This document shows positions 1 through 11,300 of a stretch of DNA of 64,000 nt, piece after piece. Both the position numbers and the translations under genes were made by a program. The notes beneath the pieces are model-generated. The model searched no databases. It saw nothing but the letters and a program-made list of their open reading frames with translations, and was not told where the DNA came from. The stretch's first letter is position 1, and each line of letters starts with the position of its first letter. The DNA comes from a virus, in the IMG/VR virus record IMGVR_UViG_3300025141_012985, positions 1-64,000 of that record; one strand, written 5' to 3'.

Positions 1-429
1 CTGAAGAAGGGAGACAGCGGATGTGTTGTACTTCTTGATGAGGATGCTGCGACAACGATAACAATGCCAAAGGTGACTTCAGATATGCTCGGTTGCACAT
101 ACCTTATCATTGAAACAGTTGCTAGTACTGCTGATAGAACCATTAATACAGCCTATAATAATGACTACTGGGTCGGTGGTGTTGCAAACCTCCCGACTGC
201 TGCTGAGAACGGCGCAAAGGTTTTTGTCGCTGCAGGAAGCACAGATACACAGATCACATTTGATGATAACCTCGCAAACGGTGCTGGTGCTCTCGGTGCA
301 TGGGTTAGACTCACAGCCGTCCTAACTGGTAATACACAGGCTGGTGGTGGCGCAAAGCTGGTCTGGCTTGTTGAGGGAGTTATGGGAACTGCAGATGCCA
401 ACGGTGACGGTACAGCAATCTTTACCTGA
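1..429 (+). CDS. Phage virion protein, 5'-truncated by the window edge
   Basis: Frame is open from base 1 (LKKGDSGCVVLLDEDAATTITMPK...). Gly/Ala/Thr-rich beta-type composition, followed by a terminator hairpin. Confidence 0.5.
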   Translation: MKKGDSGCVVLLDEDAATTITMPKVTSDMLGCTYLIIETVASTADRTINTAYNNDYWVGGVANLPTAAENGAKVFVAAGSTDTQITFDDNLANGAGALGAWVRLTAVLTGNTQAGGGAKLVWLVEGVMGTADANGDGTAIFT

Positions 430-454
430 TGCCTTAGTCTAGTAATTCAATTAT

Positions 455-487
455 TAAAAGCACCTCTTTTTACAGGGGGTGCTTTTA
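455..487 (+). terminator. Rho-independent terminator (possibly bidirectional)
   Basis: Inverted repeat TAAAAGCACCTCT...AGGGGGTGCTTTTA just after the stop at 429. Confidence 0.7.
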
Positions 488-516
488 TAGCGTCTATGCC
501 TTTTATGATCTTATGA

Positions 517-523
517 ATATTTA
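517..523 (+). promoter_or_regulatory. Putative late promoter motif ATANTTA
   Basis: ATATTTA 16 nt upstream of the tubulin ATG; the same motif recurs before many structural genes. Confidence 0.5.
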
Positions 524-539
524 AATACAGGGGTAATTC

Positions 540-1772
540 ATGGCATCTGGTGTAAGAAACCTAAGAAAAGATCATAGAGAAAAGCCAATAAAAAAGCGTG
601 AAAAGAAAGAAACATCTTCTAAATTTTACGCCGATGAAGATATGATGGAAAATAACCTAGCTTTAGACGATAATAGCAAACAAGAGCATGACACAGGCTC
701 ACCCAAAAGGGAGATTGAAAGAAATATGACAAATACTAATGATGATTTTGACTTTGTAGCAGATTATGATGATGCTGTAGACAGTGGAGCGGAAACACTT
801 CTTCCTGAAAATTCAGCACCTTCATCTCTTTCTGTAGGTTTCATAGGTGTCGGCGGCGGTGGCGGAAAGATGGCAAAGGCATTTATTGATATGGGATTCA
901 CACAGACACTTGTGGTAAATACTACAGATAAAGATCAGCCAACAGGCCTGGATCCAGACCACTTTCTTTTAATTCCGGGTGCAGACGGTGTGGGAAAGAA
1001 TGTTGAGCTAGGTCGACAAATTCTATCTAACAATAGTGCACTTGTTGAAGATCATCTTCGTTCCAGGGTCGGAAGAGTTGACTGGCTATTTGTTCTTGCA
1101 GGCGGCGGCGGGGGAACAGGAAGCTCATGTCATTCACTAGATTCAGCTCTCCAAAGATATCTTAAGTCAGTTTCTGCATCAGGAAATGTTGTCTATGTCG
1201 TGACCTCTCCTACAGCTCAGGAGCTATTGAATCCCACCATTAAGAAGAACTATGAGGCACTGCTCTCGGATGTCTCTGGATCAGTGCATGTAGTCATAGA
1301 CAATGAACGACAGCTTCAGCTCTTAAGGGGTAAGGTCGGAATGCTAGGTCTCTATCCAACAGCTAACAAGAATTTTGCCAAGCTTATTGCACAAGTTCTG
1401 AAGCTATCGTCTGAGTCATCCCCGATTCAGACATTTGACTCCAAAGATCTCGAGGCATGTCTCTCAACAAGCGGAAGGCTTTTTCTCGGAACTACAGTGG
1501 TTAAAGATCCAAGTGATTCAAATCTAGGGTCTATGATTTATCAAAATTGTATGACAAAGTCTCCCTGTCCATCTCCAAGCGGTAAGATAAAGACGGGTGT
1601 TCTTTTGCTTGTTGTAACAGAAGCTATGGCATCTGATCCATCCATTAGTACACAGCTTGAGGCAGCAATTTCATATGTCGGCGGAAGAACCGACGCACTA
1701 TTCTCAGGTGTCTATGTTAGAGAGGGCCTGCCGGGACTTGTTGCTATTTCAGCATTGGGCGGAATTGAGTAA
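540..1772 (+). CDS. Tubulin/FtsZ-family GTPase (PhuZ/TubZ-like)
   Basis: GVGGGGGK N-terminal loop, VNT, GADGVGKN, tubulin signature GGGGGTGS, IDN, T7-loop-like FDSKDL. Charged N-terminal extension; alternative start ATG 726. Confidence 0.9.
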   Translation: MASGVRNLRKDHREKPIKKREKKETSSKFYADEDMMENNLALDDNSKQEHDTGSPKREIERNMTNTNDDFDFVADYDDAVDSGAETLLPENSAPSSLSVGFIGVGGGGGKMAKAFIDMGFTQTLVVNTTDKDQPTGLDPDHFLLIPGADGVGKNVELGRQILSNNSALVEDHLRSRVGRVDWLFVLAGGGGGTGSSCHSLDSALQRYLKSVSASGNVVYVVTSPTAQELLNPTIKKNYEALLSDVSGSVHVVIDNERQLQLLRGKVGMLGLYPTANKNFAKLIAQVLKLSSESSPIQTFDSKDLEACLSTSGRLFLGTTVVKDPSDSNLGSMIYQNCMTKSPCPSPSGKIKTGVLLLVVTEAMASDPSISTQLEAAISYVGGRTDALFSGVYVREGLPGLVAISALGGIE

Positions 1773-1874
1773 AAAATAAGAAATCTTTTAGAATCTCTTA
1801 TTCAAATATGCTGAAGACATCCTAGTAGTGAGCTAGATTAGCGTTTTTCATTGTTGATTCTCCTGTTTGAGTCC

Positions 1875-1881
1875 ATACTTA
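1875..1881 (+). promoter_or_regulatory. Putative late promoter motif ATANTTA
   Basis: ATACTTA upstream of the neck gene. Confidence 0.5.
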
Positions 1882-1911
1882 TGGATAGTTGAACCGTTAT
1901 CTGGAGTGTCA

Positions 1912-3096
1912 ATGACAACCTTTGCTAATACAACCTCTCCCACACCTTTTGGCTTCTTTGATGCCGATACAGATTTTCAGGCAGAGGCAGATAATGTTGT
2001 CACTTTTGTTAAGAGAAAGATGGGTGATGACATTCTGTCTGTTGAGTTAACAAAAAAGCAGATTTGGGCAAATCTTGAAGAGTCTTGTCTAGAATACGGC
2101 TCTATTCTGAATCAATATCAAGCAAAATCACAATTGATACAATTTTTAGGAATGCCTACAACTGGATCTGATGGACATATGTCCGGATCAGAGGGAAAGT
2201 ATCCCAGAGAAAATCTTGAATATTTGATTAGATTCGCTGAGCCCTATGCGATGGAGGCAGGTGTCGGTGGATCATATGAAATGTTTTCTGGATCAATCCA
2301 GCTAGAAAAAGGAAGGCAGGATTATGACATATATTCAGAGCTCAAAGACTTTAATGACAATGTCATGTTTACATCTTCATCAAATGCAGCGCCAAGGACA
2401 AAGATCAAGATTAGTGAGGTATTTCACTTTGGCCCAGAGGCTGCGTATAGATTCTTTGACACAACAAGCGCAATAAATTATTTGAATAATGAATTTTCAT
2501 TTGAATCATTTACTCCTGAGACAATATTTTATGTCCTTCCAGTCTTTGAAGATATTCTTAGAGCAGGTCAGCTTGATTTATCAAATAGAGTTCGTAGATC
2601 AAATTATTCTTACAAGGTTGTAGGCAAACACATTAGAATATATCCAACACCAACTAGCGCTAATCCTAAAAGCCTATTCCTTAGAGTCATGTATCATCCT
2701 GATCCACTTAATCCAGCATATCATGATGAGACAATCGGGGGTGTTAGTAATCTTTCCAACATTCCATTTGGAAATTTAAACTATAATAAAATTAACAGCA
2801 TCGGAAGGCAGTGGATTAGACAATATTCTCTGGCACTGTCAAGAGAGCAATTGGGGTTGATCAGGTCAAAATTTGGAAATATTCCAGTTCCCGGAGCAGA
2901 TGTAACACTAAATGGAGGTGATTTAGTTACACAGGGAAGGTCAGATAGGGACACTTTAGTTACACAGCTTAAGGAAATGCTTGATACGCTGACTTATGAT
3001 AAAATCATGGAAACTGCTTCTGCACGAGCAGAATCTATTCAAAAGCAACTTAGATTTTCACCCATGCCAAATGGGTGGTCAATTTTTATGGGGTGA
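1912..3096 (+). CDS. Neck/head-tail adaptor protein (T4 gp13-like)
   Basis: N-terminal 'VKRKMG..ILSVELT..Q' and C-terminal 'WIRQYSLAL..E.LG.IRSKF..IPVPG..VTLNG'. ATG 1912 preceded by GGAG. First of the neck-terminator-sheath series. Confidence 0.75.
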   Translation: MTTFANTTSPTPFGFFDADTDFQAEADNVVTFVKRKMGDDILSVELTKKQIWANLEESCLEYGSILNQYQAKSQLIQFLGMPTTGSDGHMSGSEGKYPRENLEYLIRFAEPYAMEAGVGGSYEMFSGSIQLEKGRQDYDIYSELKDFNDNVMFTSSSNAAPRTKIKISEVFHFGPEAAYRFFDTTSAINYLNNEFSFESFTPETIFYVLPVFEDILRAGQLDLSNRVRRSNYSYKVVGKHIRIYPTPTSANPKSLFLRVMYHPDPLNPAYHDETIGGVSNLSNIPFGNLNYNKINSIGRQWIRQYSLALSREQLGLIRSKFGNIPVPGADVTLNGGDLVTQGRSDRDTLVTQLKEMLDTLTYDKIMETASARAESIQKQLRFSPMPNGWSIFMG

Positions 3097-3099
3097 TTC

Positions 3100-3765
3100 A
3101 TGGCACGACTTTTTATCACACCAAGGGAGATAGACTTTATAAATGACACTGCAAAGGAGCTTGTTAAAGATGTCATTGGTCAAAAAATTTATTACTTCCA
3201 GATATCAGAAATAAAGACAAATGTTCACGATGTCTATGAGGAGGCACCTGAGAAAATTTTTGAAACTCCAATCGCAATAGACGCTTTAGTGAAGTATGAG
3301 CCTCAAGCAATTAAGACAGATAGATTTGGAAGTGAAGAATACTATACTATTGAAGCCTATATTCAAAAAAGAGATCTTATAGAAAAGGGAATAAAAATTC
3401 TCGAAGGTGATTTTTTTAGCTACGGTACAGTATTTTTTGAAGTCGTTACAGCACCGGATTCCAAGGATATTTTCGGAGAAATTGAATACAAGAGCTTTAT
3501 TACTGTTAGGGGAAAACAGTCAAGAGCAGGTCAGTTTGTTACAAGGGTGTTTGGTCCAACTTCAGAGGAATATACAGATTCAGATTCAGTACAGGAGACA
3601 TTTGTTCAGCAGAGAGGATTTAAGGAAAATCGTCTCGGTGAAACAGAAGATAGAAGAAATCTTAGGCAAAAGGGCATTCTAACAGAGCCCATATCAAGAC
3701 CTAGGGAGGTTTCTAGAAGAGGGATTCCTGGAAAGAGTGGGTCTAGTTTTTATGATGATGAATAG
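3100..3765 (+). CDS. Neck/head-closure protein (T4 gp14-like)
   Basis: 'DVIGQKIYY...HDVYEE', 'EGDFF.YG..FFEV'; lies between gp13-like and gp15-like genes. Confidence 0.65.
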   Translation: MARLFITPREIDFINDTAKELVKDVIGQKIYYFQISEIKTNVHDVYEEAPEKIFETPIAIDALVKYEPQAIKTDRFGSEEYYTIEAYIQKRDLIEKGIKILEGDFFSYGTVFFEVVTAPDSKDIFGEIEYKSFITVRGKQSRAGQFVTRVFGPTSEEYTDSDSVQETFVQQRGFKENRLGETEDRRNLRQKGILTEPISRPREVSRRGIPGKSGSSFYDDE

Positions 3766-3776
3766 GGGTATGATAT

Positions 3777-4997
3777 ATGTCTGAAGGAATTCCGCCAAAA
3801 TTTGAGGATACAAGTATACCAGAAGATTTTCATATTCCATCATGCGGAATTGAAGATATAGACAGGGCACTTTTTCACTTATTTGATAGAAGGCTTAATT
3901 TTTCAATTGATGTCGACGGAGAGTCTAAAAAAGTTCCCGTTGTCTTTGCAGCAGGTGAGAGATTCGCTTTGACAAGACGATCTGCAAACTTTAGAGATGT
4001 TAATAATGCTCTCATTCTTCCGATAATCTCTATTGAAAGGGGAACAATAGACTATTCTCCGGGACTGGGCACGTATGGGACACCAATAGCAACAAGGGAT
4101 CAGATTTCTTATGTAGTTAAAAGAAGACTGAGTGAGAAAGATAGGGATTATCAAAACATAATAAACAAAAAGAGATTAAAGAATCAATCAAATGTTGCAA
4201 CCAGGGGTCATTTTGGAAATACTACAGAATTTCCTGGACTTTACGCAAAGCCTGGAACGATAGCATCTAGAAGAAACACAACAAATCTTTCATTTTTAGA
4301 TTCACCTCCTGATAGCATGCTTAGGCCATCAATTGGTAATAATATTTTTGAGATAATAACTGTCCCATATCCAGAATTTATTTTAATTGAGTATAACGTG
4401 ACATTCTGGACACAGTATATGCAAAACATGAACAAGCTATTAGAATCCATGCTTATTCAGTTCGATGGACAGGAAAAAGCCTTTCAGATAGTGACAAGGG
4501 AGGGCTACGAGCTAGTTGCATATTTTCAGGGACAATTTTCAGCAGAAACTAACTTTAGTGACTATACAGATAGTGAGAGAGTTATAAAGTATAATTTTAA
4601 TATTAAGGTTCCGGGATTTATCATAGCGCCAGATTCTGATGATGGTCTTCCATCACCATATAAGCGGTATCTGTCTGCACCGCAGATTGAATTTGGTATA
4701 AATCAAGTTAGCACACAGGTCTCATCAATTACTTCAAAGGGGCCAGCTAAAAATAATGTTAATAATTTTATATTAAGTGATACTCAAGAGCTAAATGCGT
4801 CAGGAAGAGAGCCTACTCAAAGAGGAAGAGACAGCGTTAGGCTTCTAGAGACAATAGCTGACCCGTTTACTGGAAAGGAGAAGAAAAGATTTGTCAAGGT
4901 ATTGACAAGAAATCAGAGAGCAGGTGAGACAGTAGCTAGTTCAAGAATAGTAGTTAAACTTGAAACTACAGATGACACAGGTGAAGACGAATGTTGA
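3777..4997 (+). CDS. Tail terminator / sheath stabiliser (T4 gp15-like)
   Basis: 'KKVPVVF...ER', 'LPIISI.R', 'PYP....I.Y...FWT.Y...MN.L.E'; immediately upstream of the sheath. Confidence 0.65.
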   Translation: MSEGIPPKFEDTSIPEDFHIPSCGIEDIDRALFHLFDRRLNFSIDVDGESKKVPVVFAAGERFALTRRSANFRDVNNALILPIISIERGTIDYSPGLGTYGTPIATRDQISYVVKRRLSEKDRDYQNIINKKRLKNQSNVATRGHFGNTTEFPGLYAKPGTIASRRNTTNLSFLDSPPDSMLRPSIGNNIFEIITVPYPEFILIEYNVTFWTQYMQNMNKLLESMLIQFDGQEKAFQIVTREGYELVAYFQGQFSAETNFSDYTDSERVIKYNFNIKVPGFIIAPDSDDGLPSPYKRYLSAPQIEFGINQVSTQVSSITSKGPAKNNVNNFILSDTQELNASGREPTQRGRDSVRLLETIADPFTGKEKKRFVKVLTRNQRAGETVASSRIVVKLETTDDTGEDEC

Positions 4998-5031
4998 TAA
5001 GATCTTTATAAGACATTTGATGTCCAGTTCA

Positions 5032-5038
5032 ATAGTTA
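5032..5038 (+). promoter_or_regulatory. Putative late promoter motif ATANTTA
   Basis: ATAGTTA upstream of sheath 1; SD AGGAG follows. Confidence 0.45.
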
Positions 5039-5072
5039 TATGTGTGTAGACTGATTTATAGGAGAATGATCT

Positions 5073-8000
5073 ATGGCCGAGCAGACCTTCAGATCGCCAG
5101 GATTCTTTGAAAAAGAGATAGACCTATCGGGGAGAGTCCAGGAAGTTGCAGGAACACCTGCAGGTATCATTGGGACATCAGAATTTGGTCCAGCATTTAT
5201 TCCAGTAACAATTGGATCATTTATAGACTTTAAGGAGAAATTTGGTGATTTAGATTCTACTAAGTTTGGACCCTATGCTGTAAATGAATTTCTTAAGAAT
5301 AGAACTGCTGTAACATTTATGAGAGTCCTTGGTGCAGGTGCAAATACAAGCACAACAGACATTCAAAAAACAATAGCCCACGGAACTGTTACAAATGCAG
5401 GATTTAGGGTAATTGGATCTGTATCAACTCAACCCCAGGGTCCCAATGTTGGACATCAGGGTTCTGTTCAATTCTTAACAGCAAAGCATACAATTCAGAC
5501 GAATGAAACTCAAGGCTATCCAGTATTTACTGACAATGATAGCTTTGCCATTGAGACAGGCGGTGATGTTCATCTCGTCAGAGGAATGATCTTTACTTCA
5601 ACAGGAAGTAGGGTACAGGTTCTATCTTATTGGGAGAACTATCCCGTCACAGCATCTGCCAAGGATGTTGCAGGAATGGGATATGATGTCAATAACTCAC
5701 TAGTATACAAAAAGTTTAAGGTAGTAATTTCAAGTTCTGCAGGATCATCATTTGCAAATGATGAAAATAAGGCAGGAATTAGAATTTTAACTGCATCTCT
5801 TAATCCAACAAATGATGATTATATTTCTAAGATTCTAAACACAGATCCTGAGAGATTTCAAGAAGAGCAGCATCTTCTCTATGCCGATTTTTCTGTCGAG
5901 GATGAGGTTGCAACTGCAACAAACTGGGTTGGAATAGTTTCAGGATCAGCTTCAACCTCTGATGGATCGGGAGATACATCTCTGACATACAGAGACATGT
6001 ATGGAAGATTTGATACTAGATATAGCTCATCTAGAACAACATACTTTACATCTCAAAAGTACGGAGAAAACTCTTATAACCTCTTTTACTTTGAAACACT
6101 TGACGATGGTGCAAACACTGCTGATAAGTATAAGGTATCAATTGCAGACCTTAGAAAATCAACAGATCCAAAGTCTGAGTACGGATCTTTTACAGTTCAA
6201 ATTAGAAGGTTTGGTGACTCTGATGTTTCACCTCAAATAGTAGAACAATATCCGCTATGTACACTTGATCCAACAGATGAAAACTTTGTTGCTAGAAAGG
6301 TTGGAGACCTAAGTGTTAAGTACAATTTTGATGCTCTAAGCGAAGATGAAAGAAGGTACATAGTCAAGGGAGACTATCCAAATGTTTCAAGGGCAGTTAG
6401 AATAGTCTTAAGCGATGATATTAAGAATGGAAATGTTCCTGCAAGTGCAATGCCGTTTGGATTTAGGGGACTACCTGTTCTGAAGACAAATAACTGGCTT
6501 GCAGACAGTCTAACAGATGCTGCATTAAGACGACCCATTAAGGATGTCCTAAATGGTGGCTCAAGCGGTGTTAGACTGGCATTCTGTTCAGGAAGTGGAC
6601 CCGGGGTTAAGCATAATGAGCCGACAGCACTTACTGGGTCTATAGTCCCACCTGTCCCACTAAGGTTTAAGGTTACACAGGGAACAACTGCTAAGTCTGG
6701 ATATCCAGGAAAGCCCGGCACAAACGAGAGAGTTAGCACTAAATTTTACTGGGGAATAAGAACGAGCAGAATTCCAAGAACAGGATCAATGGGAGACGCC
6801 ATTCTCAATGCAAATGCTTCAGGTGAAATAAATGAGCTCGTAAGATCGTACACTAGATTTTTAGGAATAAAAAAGCTTGACGCACTTGTAACAGGTTCGG
6901 GAGCTGATATTTTTTGCAATAATGAATTTTCGCTTAACAAGGTTGCGCTAAGCACAACGTTGAATAAGGCGGGATCTGTTAGAAATGTCTATGATACAAT
7001 TCATGCAGACCTTACAGGAACAGCCGGGGAGCACATGCTGGAATCAGCATATATTAGAAATGGTCGACCAGAGCCTGGACTAAGCTATGCCATTAATCAG
7101 CGAGGAGCTACTGTTGATAATAGACTGACTCTTGGCACACTGCTCAACCTAACGTCATCTACGTACTTCAATAGATTTACTCAGTATGCTAAATTTACGA
7201 ACATAATGTACGGAGGGTACGACGGAACAAACATTCTAGATCCAGATATGGGAAGGATGAATGACAGAGCAAGCTCTTCAGATACAAGAGGAAAGGCAAG
7301 TAGGCAATATCCTGCTGCAAATACAGATCTTGATATAGGGCTTGCTGCAACATCTTATGTCGGAGCAGGCAAGCACAATAACACTGTAGCATCCTATAGA
7401 TCTGCAATTGATATTATGACAGATCCGATGGTTACAAGAATTAATATTCTTGCAGTTCCAGGAATAAGAGACAGCTTTGTAACAGATAGAGCAGCTGATA
7501 GAACTAGAGAATATAGTCAGGCTATCTACCTAATGGATATTCCAAGCTATACAGATGGTGATGTTAGAATTTTTGACAGTGATGATCTTAGACCAAATGT
7601 TGGAAAGACAAGAGCTAAGATGGACTCTAGGGCTATAGATAACAACTATTCGGCAACCTACTTCCCAGATATAAGCATGGTAGATGATAGAAACGGAAAT
7701 CCCGTAAAAGTCCCAGCATCAATTGCTGCACTATCTGCTCTTGGATTTAATGATTCTGTTGCCTATCCGTGGTTTGCACCTGCCGGATTTAACAGAGCAG
7801 CTCTTTCAAACGTTGTCAATGTTGCTACACGGCTTAATAGTGAAGATAGGGATAACCTTTATGACTCTAGGATTAATCCAATAGCATCATTTCCCCAGGC
7901 GGGATTTGTTATATTTGGACAGAAGACGCTTCAGCAGGCAAGATCTGCTCTAGATAGAGTGAATGTTAGAAGAATGCTTCTTGAGGTTAAGCGGCTTGTA

Positions 8001-8267
8001 TCAGACGTTGCAAAGAAACTTGTATTTGAGCAAAATACTCCTGGAACTAGAGCTAAGTTTATATCACAGGTTGCCCCGCTATTAGCAACAATACAGAGCC
8101 AGCAAGGAATAGATCAGTTTAGGGTCATTATGGATGATTCAAATAACACTACAGAGGATATTGAGTCTAATAGGCTAAACGGAAGAATAGTGCTGGTTCC
8201 AACTAGAGCGGTTGAGTTTATTGCTATTGATTTCATTATTACTAATTCAGGTGTAAGTTTTGAGTGA
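5073..8267 (+). CDS. Tail sheath protein 1 (gp18-like)
   Basis: N-terminal SPG..EKEIDLS and GPAF.P; C-terminal PWFAPAGFNR, INPI, FGQKTL, LDRVNVRR, FEQN, PTRAVEFIAIDF. Confidence 0.95.
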   Translation: MAEQTFRSPGFFEKEIDLSGRVQEVAGTPAGIIGTSEFGPAFIPVTIGSFIDFKEKFGDLDSTKFGPYAVNEFLKNRTAVTFMRVLGAGANTSTTDIQKTIAHGTVTNAGFRVIGSVSTQPQGPNVGHQGSVQFLTAKHTIQTNETQGYPVFTDNDSFAIETGGDVHLVRGMIFTSTGSRVQVLSYWENYPVTASAKDVAGMGYDVNNSLVYKKFKVVISSSAGSSFANDENKAGIRILTASLNPTNDDYISKILNTDPERFQEEQHLLYADFSVEDEVATATNWVGIVSGSASTSDGSGDTSLTYRDMYGRFDTRYSSSRTTYFTSQKYGENSYNLFYFETLDDGANTADKYKVSIADLRKSTDPKSEYGSFTVQIRRFGDSDVSPQIVEQYPLCTLDPTDENFVARKVGDLSVKYNFDALSEDERRYIVKGDYPNVSRAVRIVLSDDIKNGNVPASAMPFGFRGLPVLKTNNWLADSLTDAALRRPIKDVLNGGSSGVRLAFCSGSGPGVKHNEPTALTGSIVPPVPLRFKVTQGTTAKSGYPGKPGTNERVSTKFYWGIRTSRIPRTGSMGDAILNANASGEINELVRSYTRFLGIKKLDALVTGSGADIFCNNEFSLNKVALSTTLNKAGSVRNVYDTIHADLTGTAGEHMLESAYIRNGRPEPGLSYAINQRGATVDNRLTLGTLLNLTSSTYFNRFTQYAKFTNIMYGGYDGTNILDPDMGRMNDRASSSDTRGKASRQYPAANTDLDIGLAATSYVGAGKHNNTVASYRSAIDIMTDPMVTRINILAVPGIRDSFVTDRAADRTREYSQAIYLMDIPSYTDGDVRIFDSDDLRPNVGKTRAKMDSRAIDNNYSATYFPDISMVDDRNGNPVKVPASIAALSALGFNDSVAYPWFAPAGFNRAALSNVVNVATRLNSEDRDNLYDSRINPIASFPQAGFVIFGQKTLQQARSALDRVNVRRMLLEVKRLVSDVAKKLVFEQNTPGTRAKFISQVAPLLATIQSQQGIDQFRVIMDDSNNTTEDIESNRLNGRIVLVPTRAVEFIAIDFIITNSGVSFE

Positions 8268-8270
8268 TCT

Positions 8271-8277
8271 ATATTTA
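8271..8277 (+). promoter_or_regulatory. Putative late promoter motif ATANTTA
   Basis: ATATTTA between the two sheath genes. Confidence 0.5.
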
Positions 8278-8305
8278 ATGACAAGAGATTTTAGAGAGGT
8301 TTGGA

Positions 8306-11300
8306 ATGGCTGAATTGACATTCAAAAGTGCAGGCGTTAGCACAAGGGAAATTGATCTTTCAACACCCAGTGTTGCTGGTCCGTCGGGAATTCCAGCTGG
8401 AGTTATTGGAACTTCCAATCTTGGGCCCGCATTTGTCCCGGTAACAGTTGCCAATTTTTCAGAATTTATATCTACATTTGGTGCTACAGATGGGGAAAAA
8501 TTTGGCCCACTTGCTGTCAATGAGTGGCTAAAAAATGCTCAATCTCTCACGTATGTGAGAGTGCTTGGGGTCGGTGACGGAAAGAAGAGAAACAGTTCTT
8601 CAGGAAATGTAACAAATGCTGGGTTTGTCGTTGGAGCAAGACAGGTTCAGGCAAATGGCTTAATTGGACATAATCCGTACTGTAACACAGGTCAGCATGG
8701 AAACACATATTTCCTTGGATGCTATATGTCTCAATCAGCTGGATCTAGTATATTCACTGATGCTGGGATACCGACGCCTGAAGTGACTGTCAACTTCTCT
8801 AGCGCAGATCAGGACATGCAAGCCTGGCAGGGAGTTCCGATTCTTAGAGGAGTTGTGATGGCACCTTCTGGTGTTATTCTTACTCTTTCTTCTAGTACAA
8901 TCACCGCCGGTGTGGGATCTGGTCCCGCAGCTACTGCCAATGCAATTCAGACTGCAGCTGGTGTCAGAGATGCAAGCATCAAGGGATCTACAACAGGAAG
9001 CATGGTAATGTCTTCCCAGGATTTTGTTATATTCCTAAACGGTCTAAAGGGATTGGGAGCTGACCCTAGGGTCATAACAGCATCGATGGATGTGAACTCA
9101 CCGACATATATTTCTAGAGTTCTTAATACAGACCCAACACAGATTGAAAAGAAGGGTCATTTACTATACACACATTATGATATCCATACAGCAATTGCAG
9201 TTCCCACAGGATCTGGAATTTTAACTGGAACTCGACTTGATACAAATACTGAAGAAATTGTATTTTTAACTACGGGTGCAATGTCTCATCCTTCACAGGA
9301 TGGAGGAAACGCAACAACACCAGATTTCGAGAACTGGCAAAATAGGTTTACAGCAGCAAAATCTCCGTTTGTTATTTCTCAAAACTTTGGTGGAAAGCCA
9401 TATAACTTATTTAGAGTTGAATCACTTTCAGATGGTGATTCTGTAAGCACTAATGTCAAGGTTTCTATTGAAAATCTTGCTAAGTCAAATTCTGACACAA
9501 ATACATTCGGAAAATTTGACCTTGTGATTAGAGACTTCTTTGATACAGATGAAGAGAGGGTTGTTCTTGAGTCATTTAGAGGACTCAGTATAGATAGAGA
9601 GTCTGATAGATATTTTGCAAGAGTTATCGGTGACCAGAAGGCATATTTTGACTTTGATCAAGCTTCTGACTCTCAAAAGCTAGTAGTAGATGGAGACTTT
9701 GTAAATCAGTCCAGATATATTAGAGTCAAGGTTAGTGATACACAGAGATCAGGAGAAGTTCCAGACAATGCACTTCCAATGGGATTTAGAGGATTTAGGC
9801 ATCTGATGACCTCTGGAACATCTCCTCTTACGAACTTAGAGCTAGAAAATGCAGCAGCTGGACCAAGCGGAATGCTTCTAACGGGATCATGGAATGTTCT
9901 TAAGAAAGTTCAGGAGCCCCCAGTTCCATTTAGAGAGCACCTTAACTTTGGAACAGGCAATAAGAAGAGAACATCATCTCAGCTTTACTGGGGTGTTCAG
10001 TCTACTAGAAAGACAGATGCAGATGAGCCGAATAAACCAGATTTATTCGACATGACTTTAGCAAATTTTGCAAAATACTTCCCAGACTTTTCACTGGATA
10101 TGCAAAAATTCTCCGTCGGTGAGAATCAGGGTACTGCTGATACTGCTGCAAACGGTATTATAGACGCTGATAGATTTAACAATAACATGTTTACACTTGA
10201 AAGAATTCAAGTCAGAACTGGATCTGACACATACGCAGATCCAAAAGAATGGGTAAGCTCATCGTATAAACGAAGGGGATCAATATCTGTAGACAGAGAT
10301 CTTAAGACCAGGGCGTTTAGTGCCGATGATCTTGGTGTTGTTGGAAATAGAACTTATGCAAAATTCACATTCTTCCTCCAGGGCGGATTCGATGGTACAA
10401 ATATCTTCAATAAAGATAGATACAATCTTACCGATAGCGCTGCTAAGAGAGAAATGGATGATTCAAATCAAGGCGGAAAGGAAGGAAATACAGTTGCATC
10501 ATTTAGAAAGGCAGTCGACATCATGGGTAATAGATCAGATGTTGACATCAAGCTTCTCTCAATTCCTGGAATGAGAGATGAGGCAATTACAGACTATGCG
10601 CTAGATGCAGTTGAGAATAGATTTGACTCTCTCTACATTATGGACATTGAAGAAAAGGATGTTCTAAATAATGTCGTAACATCATCAGCCCAGGATATAA
10701 GCGTAAGCGATACAGTTACAACATTTAAGAATCGTGCACTAGATTCATCATTTGGTGCTGCATACTTCCCAGATGTTGTGATCCAGGATCCGATTAAAAG
10801 AACGAATGTTAGATGTCCACCATCAGTTGGTGTTCTAGGAGCTTTCGCGCTTAACGACACAATAGGTCATCCATGGTTCGCACCTGCAGGATTCTCAAGA
10901 GGCGCACTATCCTCAGTGATTCAGGCTTCTGTTGATCTCAATAGGGCAAATCTTGATAACCTATATGATGCAGACATTAATCCAATTACAGATTTTCCAG
11001 GAACTGGAGTGGTAGTATGGGGTCAAAAGACGCTTCTATCAGCTGCTTCAGCACTAGATAGAGTTAATGTAAGAAGACTCCTGATAGACATCAGGCGCAA
11101 GGTTAGAGCAATTGCAAATACGCTTCTATTTGAACCAAATAGAGAATCAACTTTAGAGAAATTCTCTAGCCTAGTAAATCCAATCTTGCAAAAGATTCAG
11201 GAGCAAAGCGGTTTAGATCGCTATAAGGTTATAATCGACACAACCACAACCACACAGGCAGATATAGACAATAATATAATCAGAGGAAAGATCTTTGTTC

